In this document: positions 27,103 through 38,937 of the stretch, piece after piece
How the letters are laid out: the number at the start of each line of letters is the position of its first letter
How positions within the stretch are numbered: position 1 is the stretch's first letter
From: Octopus vulgaris
Lineage: Eukaryota
Direction of reading: 5' to 3'
Length of the DNA: 64,000 bases
NCBI GenBank assembly: GCA_951406725.2
Contig: OX597814.1
Coordinates: 46,004,001 to 46,068,000 of the forward strand
Translations under genes and position numbers: made by a program
Notes under the pieces: generated by a model
What the model saw: the letters and a program-made list of their open reading frames with translations, nothing else
Database searches by the model: none
What the model was told of the DNA's origin: nothing

Positions 27103-29263
27103 AAACTTCGAGGTCAAGGATGACGTTTCTGAATTCTGCAGAAAACTTCGCCTAACAGAAGCTTTGACAGATATCAACAATGGGGACGACTCATTGATCA
27201 GAAATATAAGCAACTTCCTACCACCAAAAGGGAGAAATAAAACACTGGACGATTTCTGTAAACACATCCAGAGTCTCCCCTTTACCCAAAGCAAAACCAA
27301 GGTAAAATCCAATTTCAGTAAGGAAGAATGGGAAAACCTACGTGACATACAACTGGATAAAAACCTCACCATCAAAGAAGCGGACAAAGGGAGTGCTGTG
27401 GTCCTTATGGACACGGAATTTTATAAACACCTAGTGTTCTCCATGCTTAACAATAACATTTTCTATGAGGTTATTAACAACTACAAACAGCAAAAAACAA
27501 TCAGAAACCTCACCACACTCATACGCCAACACGGTCAGGGACTCACAGAAAAAGAAAGGGATTATATCACCATTTTCAAATGCAAGCCCAGCCTTTTTTA
27601 TGGCCTTCCTAAAATCCATAAAAACAAATACATCACCGAAGCCTGCAAACTCTCCACTGACATCCACATCAACATCAAAGCACCGGAGGACCTAAAACTA
27701 AGGCCCATCGTGGCTGGTACCTCCTGTGAAACACACCGCCTGAGTAACTTCCTAGACATCCTTTTGAAACCTTTCCTTACCCACATCAAAAGTTTCATTA
27801 GGGATGATCTGGACATGCTCAAACACCTCCCGAAAACAGTTAACGAGGAGGCACTCCTGGTATCCTTTGATGTCATCAACCTCTACACCAACATTCCACA
27901 TGAGTATGGTATAGAGGCAATTGACTTCTGGCTAGAAAAACACCCAGAGACATTCCCTGACCGCATTAACAAGTCTTTTATTACAGAATCTCTTAAGTTC
28001 ATTCTGACAAACAATTTTTTTCTCTTCGACGACACACACTACCGTCAAAAATGTGGCATTGCGATGGGTACCAAGGCTGCACCAGTCCTTGCGAACCTCA
28101 TAATGGGTTACTTCGAACTGTCACTCTATGAAATATCAAGCCAGAAATTTGGACATGTTTTCCACACCTACCTAATGGAAAACTGGAAAAGGTATTTAGA
28201 TGATTGTTTCATCATATGGAAAGAACCTTATGAAAAACTCCTGGAATTCAAAACCATACTAAACAACATACATCCCAACATCCAATTCACTATGGAATTA
28301 AGCAAACATCATCTCCCATTCCTTGATCTCCTAATTATAAAAACACCTAAGAACCAAATCATAACAGACATCTACCACAAACCTACAGACTCACAACAAT
28401 ACCTCCTCTTTAGTTCATGCCACCCAAAACACACCAAGACAAATATCCCTTTCAATTTAGCTAAAAGGGTATGCACCATTGTCTCGGATCCAAAAACACG
28501 AGAAATACGCCTTCAAGACCTCAAAAAAACACTATTACAACGTCAATATCCCTCCACCCTTATAGAGTATGGAATAAAACGCGCCAAAGAACTAGACAAC
28601 ACCACACTGATAACCACCCAACCTAACACCACACACAACCTCAAAATACTTCCATACATTTCCACCCACAACCCCAAAAATATCGAAGCATACACCACAA
28701 TCATACAAAACCTCAGTCTACTGTCAACAGACCCAAAAATGAAAAACATTATAAATACACACAAAATCCTCAAATGCAAAAGGCAACACAAATCTTTAAA
28801 AAAACTCTTGACAAATGCCAAACTTCACACACCACATCCACCCCCAACAGTAAAAAAATGTGCACGCTCAAACTGTGGTACCTGCCCCTTTCTACTTGAA
28901 GGCTCTGAATTTACCTTCAAACAAGGTACGAAGTTTAAAATCAAGACTAACTTCTCCTGTTCCTCCGAGAACCTTATCTACGTTCTCACATGCGCTGGTT
29001 GCCAACATAATTATGTGGGACAAACGAGTCTCCCGTTACGTAAACGAGTAACGGTGCATAAAGAACAAATAAATCTCCCGGAATACCGACAAATTCCACT
29101 GAGTGACCACTTAGACTCATGTGCTAAAGACTTAAACCCCAAATTCTATATATTCCCCTTCTACCAATGTAAAGACGGGATCACCACACAGGAGAGAATT
29201 AACAAGGAGAATCTCTTTATTGAAAAATTCCAAACACAACTTAATATGCAAACTCCTCGTTGA
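27101..29263 (+). CDS. PLE RT + GIY-YIG polyprotein (frame open from the truncation point)
   Basis: ADKG, YGLPKIHK, LRPIV, SFDVINLYTNIP, GIAMGT, RYLDD, FLDL, CARSNCGTC linker, LIYVLTCAGC..YVGQT. Confidence 0.93.
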   Translation, partial: PNFEVKDDVSEFCRKLRLTEALTDINNGDDSLIRNISNFLPPKGRNKTLDDFCKHIQSLPFTQSKTKVKSNFSKEEWENLRDIQLDKNLTIKEADKGSAVVLMDTEFYKHLVFSMLNNNIFYEVINNYKQQKTIRNLTTLIRQHGQGLTEKERDYITIFKCKPSLFYGLPKIHKNKYITEACKLSTDIHINIKAPEDLKLRPIVAGTSCETHRLSNFLDILLKPFLTHIKSFIRDDLDMLKHLPKTVNEEALLVSFDVINLYTNIPHEYGIEAIDFWLEKHPETFPDRINKSFITESLKFILTNNFFLFDDTHYRQKCGIAMGTKAAPVLANLIMGYFELSLYEISSQKFGHVFHTYLMENWKRYLDDCFIIWKEPYEKLLEFKTILNNIHPNIQFTMELSKHHLPFLDLLIIKTPKNQIITDIYHKPTDSQQYLLFSSCHPKHTKTNIPFNLAKRVCTIVSDPKTREIRLQDLKKTLLQRQYPSTLIEYGIKRAKELDNTTLITTQPNTTHNLKILPYISTHNPKNIEAYTTIIQNLSLLSTDPKMKNIINTHKILKCKRQHKSLKKLLTNAKLHTPHPPPTVKKCARSNCGTCPFLLEGSEFTFKQGTKFKIKTNFSCSSENLIYVLTCAGCQHNYVGQTSLPLRKRVTVHKEQINLPEYRQIPLSDHLDSCAKDLNPKFYIFPFYQCKDGITTQERINKENLFIEKFQTQLNMQTPR

Positions 29264-29897
29264 TCAAACTTCCTTTCTCTACCTCACTCTTCATGGATGG
29301 ACTAACACAAATATATAAAGATACCATGCATTCACCACTTCAAGCTAAAACTTATATTCTTTAAATATCATTTTCACTATTGTTGTTGTTACTACTATCA
29401 TTTTTATTATAAATGATATGACAATTTGAAATGCAATTGTCTATGCAGTTTTATATTATTAGAAAATAATATAAATAAAGTGTTAAAATCTGAAAGTTAA
29501 GTTAACAAGCAATTATATAAAAAAGATAATGCAAATGAAGCTAAAATGATAGTTTTATAATTTGGGTTTGATTGAAGAACTCAAAAGAGTTGTCTCCCCT
29601 TACTCACAACACAGGAACTGAAGAACCAGGACCACAATTACTACTACTTCCTGTCCTGCAACATGCTGAATTTGACAACACAACACATCACATGCTCTTA
29701 ATCCCTTTGGATCTTAACACCTCAAGGTAATTTTTTGGTAAACAACCATAAAACTCAAGATACACAACGAACTCACAATGTATCGGAGAACTTATTTTTT
29801 AATTTTTGTACATTTTTATCATTATTCTTTTACAAAAAACATTGCAATTTTCTTTTTACCCCTTTCTAATTTTTTAAAAAACTTCTTAAAACATAAA

Positions 29898-29938
29898 TAT
29901 TCTTGACAAGTCATACATTGACGAAAACCGGTTGAATA
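29898..29938 (+). ncRNA. Minimal type I hammerhead ribozyme (U3-A8 variant)
   Basis: tattc-TTGACAA-gtca(tacat)tgac-GAAA-accgGTT-gaata. Confidence 0.75.
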
Positions 29939-30130
29939 AATATATATATTTATATATTTTATCATTTTCTCATTTTCTTTCATTTGAGCATTCTGCATTT
30001 TTAAAAAAATTTTTCCTTACTTATCATTTCTCCACGTGCGGTCAACACAACCCCACCATTTATTGATCTATATATATGTATATATATATATGTATATATA
30101 TATATGTATATATATGTATATATGTATATA

Positions 30131-30530
30131 GGAGTGGCTGTGTGGTAAGTAGCTTGCTTACCAACCACATGGTTCCGGGTTCAGTCCCACTGCGTGGCAT
30201 CTTGGGCAACTGTCTTCTACCATAGCCTCGGGCCGACCAAAGCCTTGTGATTGGATTTGGTAGACGGAAACTGAAAGAAGCCCGTCGTATATATGTATAT
30301 ACATATATATATGTGTGTGTGCGTGTGTGTTTGTCCCCCTAGCATTGCTTGACAACCGATGCTGGTGTGTGCTTATGTCCCCGTCACATTAGCAGTTCGG
30401 CAAAAGAGACCGATAGAATAAGTACTGGGCTTACAAAGAATAAGTCCCGGGGTCGAGTTGCTCGACTAAAAGCGGTGCTCCAGCATGGCCGCAGTCAAAT
30501 GACTGAAACATGTAATGGAGTAAAAAAGAA
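30131..30530 (+). mobile_element. tRNA-derived SINE (family S2) whose 3' end resembles the LINE A/B terminus
   Basis: A-box tggctgtgtggtaag, B-box gggttcagtccc; ends gcggtgctccagcatggccgcagtcaaatgactgaaac. Confidence 0.85.
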
Positions 30531-30643
30531 TAATATGTATATGTATATGTATATGTGTATATGTATATATGTATATGTGTATATGTATATGTATATATGT
30601 ATATGTATATATGTATATGTGTATATGTATATGTATATATATG

Positions 30644-30676
<33 letters not shown>

Positions 30677-30691
30677 GTATATATGTATATG

Positions 30692-30722
<31 letters not shown>

Positions 30723-31046
30723 GTATATATGGGAAGCTTTATGAAAATAGACAAAAGACGAAGGCAGGTGGAAAACAAACGAACAATTGTATTAGTATGG
30801 CGCTCAGGAAATATAAATAAAACAAGTCTTTAACGTTTCGAGCCTACGCTCTTCAACAGAAAGATACACAAAGAGAAAAAAACACAGAAAGAAGGAGAGA
30901 AAAAAATGTGTGCAGTAGCTAACGAATCAACATGGCGATCTGATTTCGGCCAGAGGTCAAAGATCAAACATGAGACGCGAGAGCGAAATAAGGGGAGATA
31001 ATAGGGTTGATAATCGGGTTGATAATAGGGTTGGAGGACCAGCTAA

Positions 31047-31368
31047 TAGTGCGTAGGAGGGGTCTGGACGTGTGTATGTATAGGGTTGGTGTATGTATTA
31101 GTATGTATAAGGGTGTGTGTGTGTGTATGAGAGAGTATTAGTGCGTAGGATTGGTCTGGACGTGTGTTTGTATGGGGTTGGTGTATGTATTAGTATGTAT
31201 TAGTATGTATTAGTACGTATTAGTATGTATAAGTGTGTGTGTGTATGAGAGAGTATAAGTGCGTATGAGGGGTCTGGACGTGTGTATGTATAGGGTTGGT
31301 GTATGTATTAGTATGTATTAGTATGTATTAGTACGTATTAGTATGTATTAGTTGGTGTATGTATTAGT
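31047..31368. repeat. Three ~90-120 bp tandem units with internal (TATTAGTATG)n
   Basis: agtgcgtaggaggggtctggacgtgtg recurs near 31047, 31140 and 31258. Confidence 0.8.
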
Positions 31369-31409
31369 ATGGCACATCATATATGATGTGATGTGTAAAG
31401 TCGTGTGGT

Positions 31410-31680
31410 GTAGTGAGGAGAAGAGGGGGAGGGGGAGATGAGAGGGAGGGGGGGAAGAGGAGAGGATGGGGAGAAGGAGGGGGGAGGAAGGAGGAAAGAG
31501 GGAGAGGGGGAGAGAGAAGGGGAGTGAGGGAGCAGAGGGAAGGGGAAGAGGGAAGGAGGGAGGGAGAAAGAGGGAAGAAGGGAAGGGGAGTAGGGGTGAA
31601 AGGATGAAGGACTGAAGAAGTAGGGGTTGGGGGGAAAGGATAGGTGAGGAGGGGGGTTAGATGAGGAGGGGGGAGAGTTG
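31410..31680. repeat. Polypurine G/A-rich low-complexity tract
   Basis: Direct reading. Confidence 0.85.
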
Positions 31681-31904
31681 AGACCAAATGGCGTATAAGA
31701 GCGAAGAGAGAAGATTAATTCCTGTTCACGGCGCAAACGGGAATCCGGATGGCCTCTGTGTAAGGACAAACCGAACACAGATAGGTGTTGCAAGGAGTGA
31801 CCGGTGGAGCGGAAATGGCGTGAGACCGGTGTGTCGTTCGCAAGATGGATGTCACGAAGGTGTTCCGCGAACCAGTCAGCCAAGCGGCGTCCCGTTTGTC
31901 CGAT

Positions 31905-32814
31905 GTTTTATTTACCTAGCTTCGGTGGAATACATCCACTTGTTTTCAATAATAGAAATATTAAAATTACTAAGTCTCTCTAAAAGAGAACAATGGCAGC
32001 GTTCCCGGAAAATAATAGTTATCGCCATACTAATATGGCATTCTTATAAAAATAAGAATAAAGCTGTCCGCTTATTAGCTCCATATTAGTATAGCGATAA
32101 CTATTATTTTCCGGGAACGCTGCCATTGTTCTCTTTTAGAGAGACTTAGTAATTTTAATATTTCTATTATTGAAAACAAGTGGATGTATTCCTCCGAAGC
32201 TAGGTAAATAAAACCTTCGACCAGAGATTGTCAGAAGCGACACCTACTGGTCTGGCTACGCTGCATTGAAAAGGGGCAATACCCCGAAACGCGTCTGTAG
32301 CTGCCGGTCAAGTAGTGTGGAGCGACTGACCTCCCTTGTTCGAAGGTTATAGGGATACAGTTTGTGTATCAAATAGCTAACTTAAGGCGATGGCCTCATG
32401 GAGCTAATAAGCGGACAGCTTTATTCTTATTATTATAAGAATGCCATATTAGTATGGCGATAACTATTATTTTCCGGGAACGCTGCCATTGTTCTCTTTT
32501 AGAGAGACTTAGTAATTTTAATATTTCTATTATTGAAAACAAGTGGATGTATTCCACCGAAGCTAGGTAAATAAAACCTTCGAACAGAGATTGTCAGAAG
32601 CGACACCTACTGGTCTGGCTACGCTGCATTGAAATGCGTCTGTAGCTGCCGGTCAAGTAGTGTGGAGCGACTGACCTCCCTTGTTCGAAGGTTATATGGA
32701 TACAGTTTGTGTATCAAATAGCTAACTTAAGGCGATGGCCTCATGGAGCTAATAAGTGGACAGCTTTATTCTTATTTTTATAAGAATGCCATATTAGTAT
32801 GGCGATAACTATTA
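31905..32814 (+). mobile_element. Retrozyme-like non-coding tandem repeat (363-bp unit, 345-bp unit, partial unit) with a 180-bp inverted 5' segment
   Basis: ccatattagtat recurs at 32081, 32444 and 32789; 31905-32084 is the reverse complement of ~32398-32577; HHR in unit 1. Confidence 0.8.
32260..32301 (+). ncRNA. Minimal type I hammerhead ribozyme (U3-A8), predicted cleavage after C32295
   Basis: gctgca-TTGAAAA-gggg(caata)cccc-GAAA-cgcGTC-tgtagc, at the tip of a long hairpin 32212-32348. Confidence 0.82.
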
Positions 32815-33445
32815 TATATGTATATATATCTGTATATATGTATGTATATATATATATGTATGTATATATATATATGTATATATATATGTATATATATATC
32901 TATATATATATGTATATATATATGTATATATATATGTATATATGATGAAAGAAGTCACCCCCACCTGGTGGACGCCCAGGAGGAGGTTTTGAATGAGAAA
33001 CCTGCCCGGGAAGTGAACCCAGGTGCAAGTTCTCCAACCGGCAGCAAGGGCCATGGAGACGGAGAACCCGGTGAAGAGGTAGAGGGAGGAAGAAGAACTA
33101 AAAAAGGACTGGAAGAGCTAAAGGAAAAGAAAAAGCTCAAGCAGGACCAAAGAGTGAAACAACCAGGAGTAGAAGTGGAACCGCAAAGGATGGAACCAAA
33201 CAGCGCACACGGGTGTGTAGGTTCTACCTGAGAGGTTCCTGCTGGCACGGAAAGGAAGGTGCAGGCTGCCGCTTTGCACATCGGGGACCCTGCCACAGAG
33301 ACACGAGGCAGATGGACAAACCATCAACACAAAGAAAAGGGATGGACTACGCACCACCTGCCCCAAAGCGGAGGTACGCAGATGTTGTGCGCGCCACAAA
33401 CAGCCAACATGATGTTGTCGAAAGAGCAGCTGCTGAGCAACAATC

Positions 33446-33452
33446 TTTTTTG
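33446..33452 (+). promoter_or_regulatory. Candidate -1 frameshift slippery site U UUU UUG (LINE A; also at 47041-47047)
   Basis: ORF1 frame tct ttt ttg; the ORF2 frame is -1 and opens after TGA at 33434-33436. Confidence 0.55.
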
Positions 33453-36400
33453 TGCATGGCACAAAAGATTGTACAGCAGCTGACCTGGCTTCATCAAACC
33501 CAAGCCCGCAGGTGAGACTACCCACTATATACCAGACCACCACAGCAAACAGACACAGGATGGACACCGCCGGCAACAACGTACACCTCACCTCGATACT
33601 CCTACTGAACATCAGAGGACTGCAAACACTCAGTAACAGGACAAAGATCCCGTTCCTGAGAGACTTTGTTGCATGCAATCAAGCCTTATGCATAGCACTT
33701 ACAGAAACGCACCTGAAACCGGACATAGCAGATGCGGAGTTACACATACCACAGTATGCTGTACTACGGACCGACAGGAAAGAAAGGAGTCATGGAGGTG
33801 TTGCTATGTACATCCGTGAGGACCTCACACCCCAGGTCCTCTTGTCATACTCAAACTCGGTGTGTGACACACTAATTGTACATATTAGGCAACTTGATGT
33901 AGTTGTGTGTGCTACATATCGCCCTCCAGATGCCCCAAGCCATGTGGGCAAGTTCGAAGACTGCCTTATAAAATTAGAAGAAATTCTAACCACATTAGAA
34001 CAACACATAGGTGTGCTTCTTATGGGAGACTTCAATCTGCCCAATGTCAGATGGCCCGAGGGCCTTTCTCTCCCAGGAATGACAAGATGTGAACGAGGAC
34101 AGGCGAGGTCCCTCCTGAACCTCATCAACACCCTGTACATGGAGCAGGTAATACTCCAACCAACCAGGGCAGGTAACACACTGGATCTCTGCTTCACAAA
34201 TGACATGGATCTCATCCATAATGTGAAAGTGACACCGACACTACTCTCGGATCACAACATGATAGAGCTGACCATGTACGGGCCAAAAGAGAGCACGGAC
34301 ATGCAGCCTACAAGAAACCCTCAAAATCTTTCCAGCTTGAACTACCATAAGGCAAACTGGAAACAAATTGAGAAAGAGATCCTCAAACAAAACTGGCCTG
34401 AATGTCTCTCCTCGCCAGACATCGACGTGAAACTTCAACAATTCATGTCTGTAATGCAAGCCATATGCTACAAATGTGTCCCAGAGAGAAAGGCCACTGT
34501 ACACAAGAACAAAATCCCCAGAGAGAGGAAAATTTTAATGAGACGGCGTACGAAATTTTCAAATCGCCTAAACAAACAGATTGAAAGCAGTGAAAAGTCC
34601 CGCCTAAAAATAAAACTGTTGGAAATCGAAAAATGTCTGCAACTCTCCCATGAAAAAGAAAGAGCAGACAAAGAAGCCTGGGCTATAGAAAACATAAAAT
34701 CTAACCCCAGAGCTTTCTACAGGTATGCCAAAGAAACAGCTACAGTGCACTGTAGAATAGGGCCACTCCTCGAAAAGGATGGCACACTTACAGGAAAACC
34801 AATGAGGGTAAGTGAAATACTGAATGAGCAATTCAAGAGTGTTTTCACTCCACCCCTTGGGCATCTCCAAATCACCAATCCAACTGACTTTTTTACCACT
34901 GCAGATATAAAATCAGAGGCGGCGACGATAGATTACATCGATATAAAGGAAGACGATGTAACCAAGGCTATAGATGAAATGAAAACAGACTCAGCTACTG
35001 GCCCCGATGGATTCCCGGCAATCCTCCTAAAAGCATGTAAGAGAGTCCTAGCAAGACCACTGCAGTTCCTCTTTCAGAGCTTCCTTGCAGCTGGCAAACT
35101 TCCAGGAAAACTGAAGGAAGGTAAAATATGCCCCATTCATAAAGGAGGTAGCAGAGCGGAAGCCAAGAACTATAGACCTATCTCTCTGACCTCACACATC
35201 AGCAAGGTCATGGAACGAATAGTCAGAAGGAAGCTGATCACCTTCCTTGAAGAGAATGACTTGCTGCCCGACACCCAACATGGTTTCCGACCAGGGAGAA
35301 GCTGTTTAACTCAGCTCCTACAACACTATGACTGGGTGCTGAAACGGCTGCTCAACCACTCAAATGTGGAAGTGATATATCTCGACTTTGCAAAGGCCTT
35401 TGATAAAGTCGATCATGGAATGATATGTCACAAACTGCGTGATCTCAACATAGTTGGAAAACTGGGAGAATGGCTTCATGACTTTCTGAAGGATAGAATT
35501 CAGGTGGTAGTAGCCAATGGGGCCACCTCCATTAACACACAAATAGTGAGCGGTGTTCCGCAGGGCACTGTTCTGGGACCACTACTGTTCATAATGGCCC
35601 TCTCAGACATGCCCTCAGCCACGCAGAGAGCCACGATCACAAGTTATGCAGATGATACAAAAGTCTCACAGGCAATACAGAACCCTGAGGACACTAAACA
35701 CCTGCAATGTGAGCTGGACGAAATATACAAGTGGGCTGAAAAGAATAGCATGCAGTTCAATGCTGGAAAGTTTCAAGCTTTATACTATCAGCATGCAAAA
35801 CTGAATGCAATACCCAATGAATACACTGGACCCGGAGGGATTGCAATCCCAGAGGCACAATCAGTGCGTGACCTGGGTATTCACATGAGTGATGACGCGA
35901 CCTTTCATGTACATGTTGCTAAACTGACAATGAAATGTAGACGGCTGGCTGGCTGGATTCTTAGAACCTTTAGAACAAGAGAACAAGAAACCATGATGGT
36001 CCTCTGGAAGACACTTGTCCTAAGCCACTTTGACTATTGCTCTCAGCTATGGTCACCATCCAGTGTCAAGTTGATCACAGAACTTGAGGCGATCCAACGA
36101 AGCTACACAAAGAAGATAGCCTCTATGCAGAATGTAAGCTACTGGGAAAGACTCAAGAGATTAAAATTATATTCCCTGGAGCGTAGGCGGGAAAGATATG
36201 TCATAATATACATCTGGAAGATCCTGGAGGGAAGTGTCCTGAACTTTGGCATCGAGAGTTACGCAAATGCCAGAACTGGGCGCCACTGCGTGGTGCCTAG
36301 GACTCCAAACCTGCCATCAAGATGTAGGACAAGATACTGTGATAGCCTGGGCTTCCGAGGCCCACAGCTCTTCAATATCCTCCCGAAGAACCTGAGAGAC

Positions 36401-36556
36401 CTGCATGGGGTGGATACAGATGTCTTTAAAATGAAGCTGGATCTCTTCCTGTCAGGTGTCCCAGATGAACCAACTTCACGGCAGGAGGGGCAGATGAGGG
36501 CAGCTGCATCGAACTCTCTCATGCACCAAATAGCAGTTGCTAGAAAGCCTCCATGA
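33452..36556 (+). CDS. LINE A ORF2: APE endonuclease + reverse transcriptase, uninterrupted
   Basis: LLNIRGL, ALTETHL, YRPP, GDFN, LDL, SDH; [35 protein letters not shown]. Confidence 0.95.
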   Translation: MHGTKDCTAADLASSNPSPQVRLPTIYQTTTANRHRMDTAGNNVHLTSILLLNIRGLQTLSNRTKIPFLRDFVACNQALCIALTETHLKPDIADAELHIPQYAVLRTDRKERSHGGVAMYIREDLTPQVLLSYSNSVCDTLIVHIRQLDVVVCATYRPPDAPSHVGKFEDCLIKLEEILTTLEQHIGVLLMGDFNLPNVRWPEGLSLPGMTRCERGQARSLLNLINTLYMEQVILQPTRAGNTLDLCFTNDMDLIHNVKVTPTLLSDHNMIELTMYGPKESTDMQPTRNPQNLSSLNYHKANWKQIEKEILKQNWPECLSSPDIDVKLQQFMSVMQAICYKCVPERKATVHKNKIPRERKILMRRRTKFSNRLNKQIESSEKSRLKIKLLEIEKCLQLSHEKERADKEAWAIENIKSNPRAFYRYAKETATVHCRIGPLLEKDGTLTGKPMRVSEILNEQFKSVFTPPLGHLQITNPTDFFTTADIKSEAATIDYIDIKEDDVTKAIDEMKTDSATGPDGFPAILLKACKRVLARPLQFLFQSFLAAGKLPGKLKEGKICPIHKGGSRAEAKNYRPISLTSHISKVMERIVRRKLITFLEENDLLPDTQHGFRPGRSCLTQLLQHYDWVLKRLLNHSNVEVIYLDFAKAFDKVDHGMICHKLRDLNIVGKLGEWLHDFLKDRIQVVVANGATSINTQIVSGVPQGTVLGPLLFIMALSDMPSATQRATITSYADDTKVSQAIQNPEDTKHLQCELDEIYKWAEKNSMQFNAGKFQALYYQHAKLNAIPNEYTGPGGIAIPEAQSVRDLGIHMSDDATFHVHVAKLTMKCRRLAGWILRTFRTREQETMMVLWKTLVLSHFDYCSQLWSPSSVKLITELEAIQRSYTKKIASMQNVSYWERLKRLKLYSLERRRERYVIIYIWKILEGSVLNFGIESYANARTGRHCVVPRTPNLPSRCRTRYCDSLGFRGPQLFNILPKNLRDLHGVDTDVFKMKLDLFLSGVPDEPTSRQEGQMRAAASNSLMHQIAVARKPP

Positions 36557-36645
36557 AGTGAAACCAAGTAGCAACACCAAATGGCGGTGCCCCAGCATGG
36601 CCACAGCTCATGAGCTGAAACTAGAATCAATCAATCAATCAATCA

Positions 36646-36978
36646 TATGTATATATATATGTATATATATATATGTATATATATATATGTATATGTATAT
36701 ATATATATATGTATATATATATGTATATGTATATATGTATACGTATATATGTATATGTATATATGTATATGTATATATGTATATATGTATATGTATGTAT
36801 GTATATATGTATATGTATGTATGTATATATGTATGTATATATATGTATATATATGTATATATATGTATATGTATGTATATGTATGTATATGTATATGTAT
36901 ATATATGTATATGTATGTATATATATATGTATATATATGTATATATATGTATATATATATGTATATATATATTATATA

Positions 36979-37069
<91 letters not shown>

Positions 37070-37121
37070 TTATATATGTATATATATTTATATATATATA
37101 TATGTATATATATTATATATG

Positions 37122-37155
<34 letters not shown>

Positions 37156-37183
37156 TATTTATATATGTATATATATGTGTATG

Positions 37184-37254
<71 letters not shown>

Positions 37255-37609
37255 GTGTATATATATGTATATATATTGTATATATATGTATATATATGTG
37301 TATATATATGTGTATATATATATGTATATATATGTGTATATATATGTGTATATATATGTGTATATATATTGTATATATATGTGTATATATATGTGTATAT
37401 ATATGTATATATATGTGTATATATATATGTATATATATGTATATATATATGTATATATATATGTGTATATATATGTATATATATATATGTGTGTATATAT
37501 ACGTATATATATATGTATATATATATGTGTGTATATATATATGTATATATATATGTGTGTATATATATGTATATATATATGTATATATATATGTGTGTAT
37601 ATATATGTG

Positions 37610-37642
<33 letters not shown>

Positions 37643-37952
37643 GTATATATATATGTATATATATATGTATATATATATGTATATATATATGTATATATGT
37701 ATATATATATGTATATATATATGTATATATGTATATATATATGTATATATATATGTATATATGTATATATATATGTATATATATATGTATATATATGTAT
37801 ATATATATGTATATATGTATATATGTATATATGTATATATATATGTATATATGTATATATGTATATATATATGTATATATATATGTATATATGTATATAT
37901 ATATGTGTGTATATATATGTATATATATATGTATATATATATATGTATATGT
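36646..37952. repeat. Degenerate (TA)n tract
   Basis: Direct reading. Confidence 0.96.
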
Positions 37953-38295
37953 GAAGGCGCATGGCTCAGTGGTTAGAGTGTCGAGCTGATGATCGTGAGG
38001 TTGTGAGCTCGAATCCCGGTCCGGGCTGCGCGTTGTGTTCTTGAGCAAAGCACTTTACTTTCATGTTGCTCCAGTTCACTCAGCTGTAGAAATGAGTTGC
38101 GACGTCACGGGTGCCGAGCTGTATCGACCTTTCTCTTTCCCTTGGATAACACTGGTGGCGTGGAGAGGGGAGGCTGGTATGCATGGGCGACTGCTGGTCT
38201 TCCATAAACAACCTTGCCCGGACTTGTGTCTAGGAGGGTAACTTTCTAGGTGCAATCCCATGGTCATTCATGACCAAAGGGGGTCTTTACCCTTT
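37953..38295 (+). mobile_element. tRNA-derived CORE-like SINE (family S3)
   Basis: A-box tggctcagtggttagag, B-box gagctcgaatccc, CORE-like ttgtgttcttgagcaaagcactttac..ccagttcactcagctgtagaaatg. Confidence 0.85.
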
Positions 38296-38446
38296 ATATA
38301 TATGTATATATATATGTGTGTATATATATGTATATATATATGTATATATATATATGTATATATATATGTATATGTATATATATGTATATATATATATGTG
38401 TGTATATATATGTATATATATGTATGTATATATGTATATATATATG

Positions 38447-38483
<37 letters not shown>

Positions 38484-38878
38484 GTATATATATATATATA
38501 TATATATGTATATGTATATATGTATATGTATATATGTATATGTATATATGTATATGTATATATGTATATGTATATATGTATATATATATATGTATATATA
38601 TATATGTATATATATATATGTATATATAAATATGTATATATGTATATGTATATATGTATATGTATATATGTATATGTATATATGTATATGTATATATGTA
38701 TATGTATATATGTATATGTATATATGTATATGTATATATGTATATATGTATATATGTATATGTATATATGTATATATGTATATGTATATATGTATGTATA
38801 TATGTATATGTATATATATGTATATATATGTATATGTATATATGTATGTATATATATGTATTTGTATGTATATATATG

Positions 38879-38937
<59 letters not shown>

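Larger units (their letters stand above)
27101..30069 (+). mobile_element. PLE family 2 (Neptune-like), slightly 5'-truncated, with 3' UTR and HHR
   Basis: Uninterrupted RT + GIY-YIG ORF; 3' end abuts (TA)n. Confidence 0.92.
30731..31904 (-). mobile_element. PLE family 3, 5'-truncated: GIY-YIG C-terminus, C/T-rich tract, ~100-bp tandem repeats and pLTR with HHR
   Basis: IGQTGRRLADWFAEHLRDI..PVSRHF..H..RLRREQELIFSL..PFGLN; HHR motif at 30827-30864. Confidence 0.88.
32944..36645 (+). mobile_element. CR1-group LINE family A copy 1 (partial ORF1, intact ORF2, (AATC)n tail)
   Basis: CCCH ORF1 remnant 32944-33515 and a 1034-aa ORF2. Confidence 0.96.

Noticed and set aside
32081-32814. CRISPR-like or satellite interpretation of the repeats here and at 31047-31368
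   Set aside because: No short repeat with unique spacers, eukaryotic context, and no cas genes.
33090-33240. Apparent second frameshift within LINE A ORF1, before the CCCH finger
   Set aside because: Copy 3 reads continuously [21 protein letters not shown]. Copy 1 has a private 1-nt deletion near 33110 and copy 3 a private 2-nt deletion at 46620, so the consensus ORF1 is continuous.
22287-38030. tRNA-like sequences at 22287, 26408, 30131 and 37953
   Set aside because: They have A/B boxes but no proper acceptor stem or terminator, and they continue into SINE bodies, so they are SINE heads rather than tRNA genes.
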